A DNA stretch of 64,000 bases from Haliotis rufescens (taxonomy: Eukaryota): contig NW_025964374.1 of NCBI RefSeq assembly GCF_023055435.1, forward strand, positions 1,116,001 through 1,180,000, given 5' to 3'. Positions 1-12,235 of the stretch are shown in pieces. Position numbers and translations under genes: made by a program. The number at the start of each line of letters is the position of its first letter. The stretch's first letter is position 1. The notes below the pieces were generated by a model. It saw only the letters and a list, made by a program, of their open reading frames with translations. It was not told the origin of the DNA and searched no databases.

Positions 1-325
1 ATGAGATTACCGTATACGAGGACTGTCAACTTTTCCAGCTCAACATTTTATTCCTGATTATCTTAAAGATAGCATGTGATCAACTGCATTATTATGTTTA
101 GATATTGATTTTTATTAACTTGGAAAAATATTGAACTTATGGACCACCATGAAAGAATTTCCCACTGGCATACACATGTTTTGAAAATAATGCTGATTCA
201 GAGAGCAGATCCACAGACGTTTTCACAAAGTCGTCTCCCTTCATGGAAATATCTGACTTTGAAGTAACAAAAATAAGGTTTTGATTTGTATACACCTTTT
301 CCCTCACCTCTTATCATTAATGATG

Positions 326-553
326 TTTTGTTTGCTTGTTGTTTAATGCCACGCTCTGCAGTATTTCAGCTAAATGACGTCGGCTTGTAAAATAAACAAG
401 TCTGGACCAGACATGACCTTGTATCCCAATGGCGTGGATCGGTGCTCACAATATTGATCACTGGATTGTCTGGTTCAGGCAGGATTATTTGAAGACCGCC
501 ATTGTATAGTTTGAATATTGCTGACCGTGGCATTATCCAACAAACAAACCAAA
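326..553. mobile_element. Two head-to-head fragments of SINE family B
   Basis: A minus-strand 3' part (about 326-412) is joined to a plus-strand 3' half (about 413-553) ending in (AAAC)n. Confidence 0.7.
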
Positions 554-1714
554 ACTCAATTACCACCATCTCAACGACATCAGTGTAAGATTATAAAACG
601 GATGAATTTCCATTAGAAGAATCCCAGATCTTGACGCTTTCATAAAAAACATACCATGCTAACCGAACAGACATTTCATTCACAGAAGATCTTTACCCTA
701 AAAATAAATATCTAAAATCCCTTAGAAACATGTCAGCCACCTCAGAAAAGAAAGCCTTATCCACAAAATCAAAGATGGGAGTTAATACCTGAATATTTAT
801 TTCCCCTGCCCTCAATCTCAGATTAAGTTTCTACATGAAGAAAGACAGCAGCGTAAGGTTGTGTGTGGACTTGTGACTGATGAAAACAGCTGATCCTGGA
901 GGTCATCTGTGCTTGATTGTGTCATAAACCTGGCTTGTTTATGACAACCATCTTGACATGCACTCCTAACTCAGTGCCTATAAGCACCCACAGTGTTATA
1001 CACTTGTTTTATAGGAAGATATGGGTCTGAATTAAACTGGATCTGCGAATGCTAATACTGTCTGTCTCATATGCACAGCTGTATTCTATGAAGAATACTA
1101 TGTCTATGTCATTCAAAGAGGTTAACAGGTAAAATTGCCACTTAATTACGTCTCGTGAAGCCAATTCAATTAATTCTTATCTAATTAATAACAAAATTAT
1201 CAAAATGAAAATGTAATTATGTCAAATTATTGGAAGGCAAGGTCCTGAAATAGATTCTGGCTCTAATATAAGATAAAGTTGTAAGCGAATGGTTTATTTT
1301 GATGAAAACATCTGGTGTCATCGCTGATTTTCAGGGATTCATTCCTATAATTTTCACCACTATTTTGCCTTTGATGTCAATCGGAATCTGTTTCGGGAGA
1401 TAATAGAAACCAATGTTTTTCTGGCGTTTACGTTTTATATTTAAAACTTATTTGAAACTGTTCATGAGATATGGAATACAAATTTTATTTCTTGTTATTA
1501 TTGAAAACCTTCACCGATCATCACCAAAACTGTAGAGGTTGTGATGTAAATGGGTAGAAAACATTGCGTTGACTAACAAATATTACTTCAAAAATAACTT
1601 AATTAACAAATGACACAACCATGAAAAAAGACACGATCCAATCAAGATTTATCTATCTCAGGAATTGTTCAGAATCGTAACTCTACTCTTGAAACCTTGA
1701 CACCCCAATTACCA

Positions 1715-1841
1715 TAGGCAGGGGGGTCCGCATCCCCCTTTTGAAAACCAAATGTAGTATGTTGTAGGCAGTAAAATTGACTGAGAGAGGATTTTTGATA
1801 TTTTGGACCCCTCCCTTTTAAAAATACTGAATCCGCCCTTG
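1715..1841. mobile_element. Degenerate one-ended MITE fragment
   Basis: Ends in tgaatccgcccttg, resembling a CAGGGGCGGATYC-type TIR. No partner end or TSD found. Confidence 0.3.
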
Positions 1842-2712
1842 ATTACCATTCTGTATCTACATAACAAGGATCACAGATGAGGCCTATTAGATCTGACAGG
1901 CAACAAGGTATGTGCATGTCTTTCCCCAAATCCAGGCTGCTGCCATATTGTCTCCAGTCTTGTTCCATGAAAAGGTTTTCCTTGTGACTTATTAAATATA
2001 CCAACGGACACAATTTAAGCCTCTGCTGGCCTGTCCAGCGGGACCCAGGTGTTTGGTTACAAATTGTTAAGTTGTGGAGGTCAAGTCTAAGCATAGATTC
2101 AATCAATTTTTAGTTAAGTCAGAATATTCCTAAACTAACATGTGTATAGAATAAAGGATTTGCAGAGGATATGAAGCTTCAAAGGATATCAGCCTGTTTG
2201 ATGCCAACTTGACTGATTATTTTCTAAATGAATGGTGAAGTTTGAATTATCAAGCTTCCTCTCTACCTCCACTGCAGCATTTGTTGTCTGTGGTGGGAAC
2301 ACGCATGTTTACATTTAGACATCACAGAAATAGATGTCTGCATTAAAAATTGATTTATGTCTATTGCAAAACTTGACAGTTTCAAGAGAAATAGTAATAT
2401 TTATCCTGTGCATCGGGATAGTGTTTCTCCACAAGATGCAGGGGTGAATAAGTATGAGAATTCAAATGCTGATGGATTCCAAATGTGGCTGTTTTCCAAT
2501 GTATAGTAGTATTCTCAATGTATAGTACTATTCTAAGCATTTGGACATTGTGTTTTTAATAACCAGAAAGCATCATGCATGTTATATGAACAACATTTAT
2601 AAAATAAGCAATAAAATCAGAAGCATTTGTCATGTCTACATTTATGCATCTTGTTGTGTTAGGCAAATTCCTACTTGTGTTGTGTTTTTCAAAAATCTTG
2701 AGATTGACTAAA

Positions 2713-3092
2713 GACAGACAGACACAAACACATGCCTTTATTGACACACAGACACACACAGAGACAGAGACACATATACATAGACAGACAGACACAGACA
2801 CATGCCTTTATTGACACACAGACACACATACACACATACACATACACAGACACACACATGCCTTTATCGACACACACAGAGACAGGCACAGACACAGACA
2901 CACCCACACCCACCTTTATCGGCACACAGAGGTACACACACAGACACAAAGAAGCACACACACAGACACACACACACAGATAGATAGACAGATAGAGACA
3001 CATGCCTTTATTTTTATTGACACACAGACACACACACACACACGCACGCACGCACGCACGCACGCATGCACACACACACACACACACACACA
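2713..3092. repeat. Compound (CA)/(GACA)/(CACG) microsatellite with recurring CATGCCTTTATTGA units
   Basis: Seen directly. It generates several spurious ORFs in the track. Confidence 0.95.
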
Positions 3093-5619
3093 AAGCAGAG
3101 TCATTACAAAGAAACAACATTATTTCACCAAAAACATTATTTCTAATCCTTCCAATATTCATCATCTTTCAAATATGATCCACAAGTAAACTAATTTAAA
3201 TAAACTGCACTGAAAAGTATCATTTTGTCCATTTATCCAGACAGAGTATTCATAAAGCTTAATGGTTGATGTTAAATATTCCGACCATCCAGGAGCTGAG
3301 ACAGTTCAAGTGCTTGCAATAAGCGATGGTGTAGGCAGAATTACTGTGGAAATGAATACCATGTGAGACAGATTACACAAGAACTGGCTAGCCTTGAAAT
3401 GAACATCATTACTCAACAAGAGAGATGTATTCCAAATTATGTTCAAGAGCTGCTACTTTGAAACCCATTGCTATAGAGGACTGCCATGGAGACCAGAATG
3501 TATTAAAAGGTTTTTTGTCTTCCTTGGTAATGATATATGTCAGAACAAGATTTACTTGTCAAGATGAAATATCTATAACATTTTTATTGATAGATGGTGC
3601 ATTAACATAATTCAATTTTGTTCTATTTTCAGATAGATGGATTTATGATTTAAGTCTTTATTGTTATTAGGTAATAATCATTAAGGGAGTCATGTTAAAT
3701 TTGTTCAAAACAACATCCTGGCGTAAATAGGGAAACAGCTTTTTCGGAATTGGAAAGTATGTCCTTTCAGCCATAACATCCGATTTGTTGTCTGGAAAAT
3801 AGTTCCGATAAACAATCTGAAATAATCACATTCTCGATTAATATTTCAACTCTCAAGCAAACCAAATATAAATATTACTAAGATCTCAGTTTATTTCTTG
3901 AGCCTGATTGTTAGAAAAAGACCAACAGCACAAAAATCAAAGTTGGCACTTTCATCCGCAATTGGCGCCAAGACCCTGGCACGAACTACATGAGGCATAG
4001 TCCAAGAACAAAGCCCAATATTTCACCTCCAAGCGTTCTGAACATGACCTCATAATTAGAAAACATTAGCCCATCCGGTAACTAACGGCCGCCGATCATC
4101 TCTCAGAGTAGCCATTCCTGCACTATCAGCAGCTCAAGAAGAAGTAAATGCTATTAGCTTATTTAACACCCGAATAAATCCCTCAGTTAAGTTTAGCATG
4201 GGAAGATAGACTTCTTCTGACAAAACCTTTGTCTTGGTGAACTGTTTATTCATTGGGAAGATCTCATTGGAGCTGGGATAATTATCAAATTCCTTGTGTC
4301 CTAGAAGAATTTCAGAAACTCTTTTATTTTCCAAGGATAATTGCTTCCATTTATAAGACTTTCATGAAGAAACCAGACACAAAGCTGTTTGGGTTTTTTA
4401 ACCCTAATGAATGACGACAATTGCATTTTTTTTTTTTGTCTCAGACAAACAATCTATTCATGTATTACAGCAAGGAAGATACTGATTTCATTTTATTATG
4501 TAAGTGTAGGAGTATATGAATAAATAAAAATAATAACACTTTGATTTATATATGCATGTGACAATGGAGCCAAGGTGGGTGGATCAATACTTCCAATCAA
4601 ATTTAAACATCTTATTTCTGTATTGCATAATCTTCTGAAAAAGGTATTGAATAAATTTGAATATCATACATTTCATATTAAATATCATGGTATATTGTTA
4701 ATACCCAAACAAAGAAGATGATATAATGGGGTTGCAGGTGAACCAAATTCACTTAATCGACAATATGAATGATATTCATGGAAATAGTCAAGACTTTTCC
4801 ATAACTGATTGAACGAATCCGACTATATCATGAGAATGTGTTAACGAATCACCATCAAATAGTAATGATACCAGGTGTTTGGGAACATCCTTATGCATTT
4901 TGCCCTTGAACAAACCCTCTAAACATTAGATGTGTTCACAATAATGCTGACCATAAGTAAAGAATGAACTTTATATAAATGGATGTTACATAATTTTACT
5001 AAGAGAGTAAAAGACAATATTCGTGCAGCTTCGAAAGACAGTTTCCCATATTCTTTATGCTTGAGTCATAAAAACGCTTCAACCTCATTTCTGAAGGGCA
5101 TTCTGATATGTAAATGCAGGGATAAATATGACATTTAATGGAATTTTGTTTGATAAATCGGGGATAAAAACTAAACAAAACAGTGTTCAAGAATCCCCCT
5201 GAAATCCATCAACTTCAAAAGTGACTCTTTTGTTTTGGAGGAGGCGGATCAGAGACCTACGCAACCATCAAATGCACTAGTGTGCAATCTTCATATCCAT
5301 CTAATGCACAGGGGGACCCAGAAATCTGGATGTTCGTATCTGGAGTTCTTCAAAGTCCTGTCTTTCATCAGTGTAAAGAGGGGATCCCTAGGGAGCTGCA
5401 CCTCGGGAGACCCAGGCAAAGGATGGTATCCAAGGAAGTTATTAGAATTGCAGCCAGAAGCTTTATCGTTTAGCGGTGTACAACAGGCCTTGCTGAGAGC
5501 CAACTGGCCGCTGGTCGTCTGGAAGGCAGGTGGAGGCAGTATTGGCACATTCACAAGATGTTTGACATGTTTTGTGGGGTAAAGGATTGAGCTAGGTCTG
5601 AGGGCCAGATAGTGCCATG

Positions 5620-5839
5620 ATGTTTGTCTTTTTGTTGTTTAACCTTACAATATTCCGGCTATATGCCTGCAGTCTGTAAATGATTGAGTCTGGACCAGAC
5701 AACCCAGGGTTGACATGAAGAGCATGGATCTACACAACTGGAATCCGATAACATGCATCAACCAAGTCAGTGAGCCTGACCACCCTATCTGGCTTCTAAC
5801 AACAAGTATGGGTTGTTGAAGACAGTGCCAGAAGACAAT
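5620..5839 (-). mobile_element. SINE family B, decayed copy
   Basis: Family B body with CpG decay, flanked by ATAGTGCCAT direct repeats (5609-5618, 5840-5849). Confidence 0.8.
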
Positions 5840-6263
5840 ATAGTGCCATAAGACACTCAAATATGTTATCACAATATGTTCTGTGGTGAGGCGAGTACAT
5901 AATTTGCAGAATGCATGATTGGCAGTGGGTCTATCTTCAGGAATATTTCACAAACACTTTGAGTCAACTCGCTCCTGTAATAGTTTTCTGTCTGACAGTG
6001 CTTTCAAAAAGTATTAAAAAGCTGTCAACACATTGACATCTAAATCACCCAATATTGAAGTCTCTGATTTGTATTTAGTTATACAGGTAAAAACAACATT
6101 GGGAGATACAATAAGAGCAATATAAGAAGTTGTCATCCATCTCTTGAGAGAAAATCTATCAATTGAAAAAAAATCAAACTATCCTCCATACAACACATCA
6201 CAGAGTCCGTACACTGGATAGCATTTTGGTAATATGAGTAAAGTGTTACTTCTTTTTAAAATA

Positions 6264-6427
6264 CAATAAACTACGGTCATAACAAACTCAAAGGGACAAC
6301 TGATTTTAGTTCGTAATAACCCTAGCGTAAATACAACATATATACAGGGAATGACAGGGACCAAAAAGCCTTTTTGTTATATCCGTCAGTTGGTTATAAG
6401 CATGTTCGTTATAGACATAGTTTACTG
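6264..6427. mobile_element. Tc1/mariner-type MITE
   Basis: Imperfect TIRs of about 24 bp (CAATAAACTACGGTCATAACAAAC / GTTCGTTATAGACATAGTTTACTG) with TA on both sides. Confidence 0.7.
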
Positions 6428-6456
6428 TATTCAATTTTTAGGACAAAGATGATCCA

Positions 6457-6508
6457 GTGAGTGAGTGAGTGAGTGAGTGAGTGAGTGAGTGAGTGAGTGA
6501 GTGAGTGA
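6457..6508. repeat. (GAGT)n microsatellite
   Basis: About 13 perfect units followed by gttttacg, a SINE-tail remnant. Confidence 0.95.
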
Positions 6509-8467
6509 GGTTTTACGTATATAAACATTTCAGGCTTGTTAGCATAAACCACAAAATTTATCTTTCAATTCTGTTCTTTTTCCACCAAAATAATATTCTA
6601 ATAAGAGCCCCCTATATCTAATTTTGAGAGCGCCCTGGGCGCTTATTACGTCGAATACGTTAATAGCCAACTAGATCAAGGCCAGGGGTCCTCAATACAT
6701 GCAGATTGCCTCCCAAATCTGTGAAGCAAATTTCTGGCTTATTCTTGACTGTGTACGTCTGGTGTTGATACCAAACTTGATATATAAGTAGTCTAGTAGC
6801 ATGATTGTACTGTGTGGTGGCTCAGACGCTTATATCTAATATACCTATAAAATATGCACATACCAATCTGTGCTTCATTGAAACATATTCCCTGCCAATG
6901 AGATAGTCAGGTTCATGTTATTATCAACCTCAACAAAGAGGCAAAGGCTAATGTCAGTCATGAATTAAATATTTCTGTGATAATTTTATTTGATTAAATT
7001 TCTATTAATGGAGACTTGACTTCAAAGGTTAATTGTACTACGGTATCTATCTTCTAATAATTTGACAAAATTAATTCAATCTTCAGTTATTCTGCCAACC
7101 TGATGTTTCTGAATTAATGTTGTACCTAGGACCTATTACAAAGTAAATAAACTGCAAGTGATTTCTTGACATTTGATTGGCTAACCAAACAATTTTTTGT
7201 GTTAATAATTCCAAAAACCAAAAATAGGACAGTCCAACAATGGACTACTGTGTTCCTGATTGGCTGATAATAGAATGGGCAGGCATTGTGTTGGATTACT
7301 GCACAGAAAGATGTCACTGATTACATATTGTTGTGTTATTGATTGGTCTATGAAGTTATTATTGTTTATAATAAAAACTTTTACGGAGGTATAAACGTAA
7401 AAATCAGTCTGCACACTGTGTAAACTCATGTATGATGCTTTGTCATTTATAATATCAACAGGACTGTAAGTTTTATTTCCAGCTGAAAGCATGGAAAAGG
7501 GCATGAAAAATAATAGTGTTGTATTCTTGTTTCATGTAAAGAAAAAAATCACCAAATAAATGGTGATGTTCACGGTTGCTCTCGTGTCTCCAGTAACAAG
7601 CGGAATTCCAATGTCACACACAACAGACATGTACACATTTCCAGCCAAATCGCATTTGTAGGGCAATTACAGCTGAAATGTTTCAAAACAATTCTAAACT
7701 GAATCAAAATGAGGACCTGATTACCACTTCTACCACCTGAAAGCTGGGTATATATACAATGCCAGGGTAGGTGAGAGGGTTTAAGGTTCAAGTCCAACAT
7801 TGCAAGATGTGAGGAAGATTGTGGATGCTAGACATACTCGTGCAGGGGGTCCTGCAATCTCACGTCTGCTTCCTCACAACTACAGCCGTCTGCTCCTTGC
7901 CGTCTGCTCTACAGTTTCAGCACTTCGATAGCATCAGCTCATAGCTCTTACGACAAAAATGTGGCGACATCTTGGGTTGTAGATTGAATGTCATAACGAT
8001 ACATTGCTTTTTACAGAGCTTAATTACTTGTGTTGCTTCTGGGAACCTTGTTACCACACATATTGTGACATTTTCTACAAAAACACATCAACACAAGAAA
8101 AATGTTCGGAAGTAAAGAAAAAGTAATAAAATTTGCTAAGAAAATTTTGCTATTTACAATCATAAGTACAGAAAATACAAAATTTTGAAACCTTAGAGCA
8201 TACCAAGCGAAATTGAGCTCAGCATAAAACTCCTAATGATTGGTTATATATGGGTACCTGGTAGTATTGAAATTGTTGTAACAACACAAGTGCAAAATAA
8301 TAAAATATTAAAGGTTAGGCTTTAGAAGAGAATAATTTTCCTGTCACAGGATATACACTGTCATGAATTCCCCATCATAAAGTACTTACAAACCTGATTA
8401 TTTAATCTTAATTAGTGGCAGACTATGCATGACAAACAAAGTTCATAACTGTGTATTCATGTATTAA

Positions 8468-8632
8468 GGGGCGGTCGGGTAGCCTAGTGGTTAAAGCGTT
8501 CGCTCGTCACGCCGAAGACCCGGGTTCGATTCCCGACATGGGTACAATGTGTGAAGCCCATTTCTGGTGTCCCCCGCTGTGATATAGCTGGAATATTGCT
8601 AAAAGCGGTGTAAAACCAAACTCACTCACTCA
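8468..8632 (+). mobile_element. SINE family A (tRNA-Asp-derived head), full length
   Basis: A box TAGCCTAGTGG, GTC anticodon-like loop, B box GGTTCGATTCC, and tail GCTGGAATATTGCTAAAAGCGG..AAAC(ACTC)n. Confidence 0.92.
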
Positions 8633-8730
8633 TGTACCTATCTTAATGACCTTTTAAGACAGATCATAACGAGCCATAGACTGGTAACCCTGAGCAGGTC
8701 TTCCACCTGATTGATATGAAACACTGGGAT

Positions 8731-8923
8731 TAGTCTGTCTTACAGACCCTGATACAAATACAGCCCATGCAAGTCTAAAATGTTTGGCAAGTCTAGATTA
8801 CTGCAGTATCAGAAATGAAAATGAAGAGAGTCTCTGGGCTCCTTTTTATTATATTTTTATTAAGATAATTGAACTGTTTTTTTCTGTACGTTATGTTCAT
8901 TTCAGAGACTAGATGTTAGTCAA
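8731..8923 (+). mobile_element. AcademH-type MITE, subfamily F
   Basis: Termini TAGTCT...TAGTCAA with 9-bp TSD CACTGGGAT/CACTGAGAT. Confidence 0.8.
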
Positions 8924-9704
8924 CACTGAGATGTTAGTTATGGATTCTCCATTACACATTCTCAATCATACTATCATTTGTCACCTTCTGAATGTCAATA
9001 ACATCATATACAAACACCAGTAACTATTTTGGATCACCAATCTCATCACACAAGCATTGAATCAATTAAATGTAGATGAAAAATGGTACCAAACATTGTC
9101 CTCTAACCTTGGCGTGAAATTGCTCAATCTTGACGCCGATTATTGATAAATAATCACCTCTTCTGAATTAATGGAAATATTTTGGATGACTTGAAATGAC
9201 AGGTGAGATTAAATATGTATGGGGAATGTGATTCACCGAGTTCCAAATCTGTTCTAGGAAAGATTAATTGATAAATGATTTAGATTCAATTGCTTTATAT
9301 ATTTCTTCAAATAGAATTGACATAGTAATACATAACATATCATAGTCAGACAGTCCGTGTGACCCCCATTCCTACCTCAATCAATAAACAGAAAAGTGTC
9401 TTTGCAGATAGGTTTCTACTAGTCCTACGCCATGACTGTGATGTCACTGGGATGTCTCTCATGGAGTAAAAGGCTAAACTCAGTGAGTGAACAAATTTAA
9501 TCAACACAGGAAATTGTGACGAGAAAGAATGTCAAGTCTGTAAATGGCAATTAGAAGTGATACACATAAGGAAGAGTTCCACATATAAATAAGTTGACAT
9601 TCATTAATTCTCTTCCTTAGAAAGAATGTGTTAATCTTTAAAACAGGTTATCTTGAATTATTAAAAAAACTATAAAAGCTTTTGCAAGTATTTGTAAAAA
9701 CAGA

Positions 9705-9898
9705 TGCAGACCCTTCACCAGCCTTTCTTCGAGACCCCAGAGAATAAAGTAAAAAATGAAAGTATATAATGTTTTTGCAAGTCTAGATTGCCTCTGCTCA
9801 GAAATTAAGCATTGTTCTGAGCTCCATTTTATTTTCTATTTTGTAGATATATATTTTTAAATAAGATAACTATATTTCTAAGACTAAATGTTAGTCTA
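9705..9898 (+). mobile_element. AcademH-type MITE, partial subfamily F
   Basis: Internal GCAAGTCTAGA and right end AGACTAAATGTTAGTCTA. Left end not resolved. Confidence 0.6.
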
Positions 9899-10237
9899 CC
9901 TCATCACCAAATTGTCCATGAAGCCCCAGAAATCATAACATACTCAAGGTTTTACAGGACACACAAGTGTGGCCAATATGAAGAAATGCATGGTTTGCAT
10001 GAGGAAAATAAATAAATATTGTCATGGAGGATGCACCCAAATTAAACAATGTCATATCGTACAACTTAGAAACGTCATTGTGCAGTGTGCCTTGACCCTC
10101 GCTGAGTTCATCAGGACCCAAACTGGAACAACAATTAACAAGCCCTGGTGTGTGATCATTCACTGGACTAACGCTATAGTCCCTTATATCATTTTGATAG
10201 AAACAACTCCACTTAAAGTGAAAAGGAGCTCCATTGA

Positions 10238-10358
10238 GATGGGAGATTCAGAGCTTGTGGAACATCTAGACTTGCTTCATTTAGGGCTATAGCCTTTCAC
10301 TAAGGCCTGGACAGAAGGAAATATACATTGTATTAAGGTTTGGGGACTATGACAGACC
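10238..10358 (-). mobile_element. AcademH-type MITE fragment (subfamily of 49400-49849)
   Basis: TCTAGACTTGCTTCATTTAGGGC is shared with 49732-49849. Confidence 0.55.
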
Positions 10359-10556
10359 TGCCATTCACCTATCCACTTGCCACGAAAGGTTGACAGATCA
10401 GCCCTCATCTCATGCCAATATCTTGAAATCAAAGTGTACAAAGTCATAAATCTGTATGACGACACAAGTGGGGTGTCCTCGCTACAGCAGACACAATTCA
10501 GACTTCAGTGACTCAATTCAGTATAGGGGTCAGACACCCCTGGGGAGGGGCAGTTA

Positions 10557-10744
10557 TAGTCTTACATGGAGACACTGATACTAATATATCCAATAGAGCC
10601 CATGCAAGTCTATAATGTTTGGCATGTCTAGATTACTGTGGTATTAAGAAGAGAGTCTCTAGGCTGCTTTTTATTTTATTTTTATCAAGATGATTTATCC
10701 GGTTTTTTTTGTAATGTTCATTTCAGAAACTAGATGTCAGGCTA
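10557..10744 (+). mobile_element. AcademH-type MITE, subfamily F
   Basis: TAG...CTA termini with perfect 9-bp TSD GGGCAGTTA (10548-10556, 10745-10753). Confidence 0.87.
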
Positions 10745-10852
10745 GGGCAGTTAGTCAGACACCCAGGAGTGTGTTGGGGTGTGGGGCGGGTGTTGCAGAC
10801 ATACCACTGAAGCATGACAACTGACATGACCATGACCAGTGTCACACAATTG

Positions 10853-11132
10853 GAGTGAGTGAGTGAGTTGCATTTAACACCGCTTTAACAGTATTCCAGT
10901 TATATCGCGGCGTGTCCGCTTAATGTGGGAGGAAAGCCCGAAGTGATGCAGGTCTCAGACGTTTACCACTTCGGTGAAACCCACGAGCACGGGTATGGTG
11001 CTGACAAACCTAGAAACATAATCGGGGCGAAGCAGGATTCGAACCCACAATCTTAGGTTTCTGGCGTGCCGAAGGGACGCAACTCTGCACAGCGAATCAC
11101 AGCGCCTTAGACGACTGGACCACCTGTGCCCC
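10853..11132 (-). mobile_element. SINE family C (tRNA-Leu-like head, V-domain-like core), full length
   Basis: 13-bp TSD CACACAATTGGAG (10843-10855, 11133-11145). A and B boxes present. Core CCCGTGCTCGTGGGTTTC...GGCTTTCCTCCCACA. (ACTC)n tail. Confidence 0.92.
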
Positions 11133-11999
11133 CACACAATTGGAGACCATGTCATGTCATTGAGTGTACTTTTTGAACAGTCTAACATACAAATTTCAAA
11201 ACTGAAAGCTTCAAATTTCCTAAATGTTACACTATTTTCCTTTTTCAGCATCATGGATATATATCAGAAATGACAGTCTTATTTGCAGCATCAATTTTAG
11301 TTGAAATTTTAAAAAACCCATAAGGTTTTGTAATCTCAGTAGGTGCATGTATCTTCATAAAACATAAAATGACTTCCTATTCCTGATTGGTTATCATTAA
11401 ATCACTACACACGCTATCTCCTTGGCAGAATCCAATACATCAGCTGCCAAACCTCAGCTTCGTAAACTACATGCAAAATGGCTGAAGGTCACTCTCATAC
11501 ATCTGTCATCCAAGATAGAATTAACATTCAATTACCATATAACGACACATAAAGTATTCCGCACTTTTCAACAAGTCTATCAATGTATGCGATAACATGG
11601 CCATTTAATGACACAATGAAATGCATTTATGTGCATGGAGGCAAGCGATATTTACAATCTGCTGCTGTCGTAAAAATACTTCACTTCCAATATTATCAGA
11701 GAAACACGAGTCAGTGTAAACAGGGTGGAGGATAGTGAGAAGGTTAAAACGTGTCAATGGAATGTAATGCATGTGATAAAGACATTCTTCATAACACAGG
11801 ATCCATGTGATATTACATATATACACCAGGAGTAGGGGAGAAATAGACAATACAAGAACGCCAATAGCAGGAATAACTGGAAATTGACAATGATGTGAAA
11901 GACAAGCTCAAGTTCGTCAGAAGTATTGCATTGCTTATTGATTTCAAAATAATTATTCATATTTATCTTATATTTCCACATGTTTGAGAAACATAAGAT

Positions 12000-12235
12000 T
12001 GAGTGAGTGAGTTGGGTTTATTCAAGTATAATAACAGTATTCCAGTTATATCATGGCGTGTCAGCTTAATGTAGGAGGAAAGCCTGAAGTGATGCAGGTC
12101 TCAGACGTTTACCACTTCGGTGTAACCCACGAATACGGGTATGGTGCTGACAAACCTAGGAAAGTAATCATGGCAAACCAGGATTTGAACCCATGATCAT
12201 AGGTTTCCCAAGGGAAGCAACTCTGCACAGTGAAT
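12000..12235 (-). mobile_element. SINE family C, CpG-decayed copy
   Basis: Aligns to 10853-11132 with many CG>TG/CA changes. Confidence 0.88.

Noticed and set aside
1175-1246. Possible slit exon 5 after tatttcAG (TLPSNNLT...)
   Set aside because: In-frame TAA after eight codons and no match to the expected DLSxN...LxxL repeat.
2556-3165. Overlapping ORFs rich in CV/TH
   Set aside because: Artefacts of the (CA)n compound microsatellite.
8468-8545. tRNA-Asp(GTC)-like gene (and all similar A/B-box sequences)
   Set aside because: No proper acceptor stem, and it continues into a SINE body and tail. Many copies have TSDs, so these are SINE heads.
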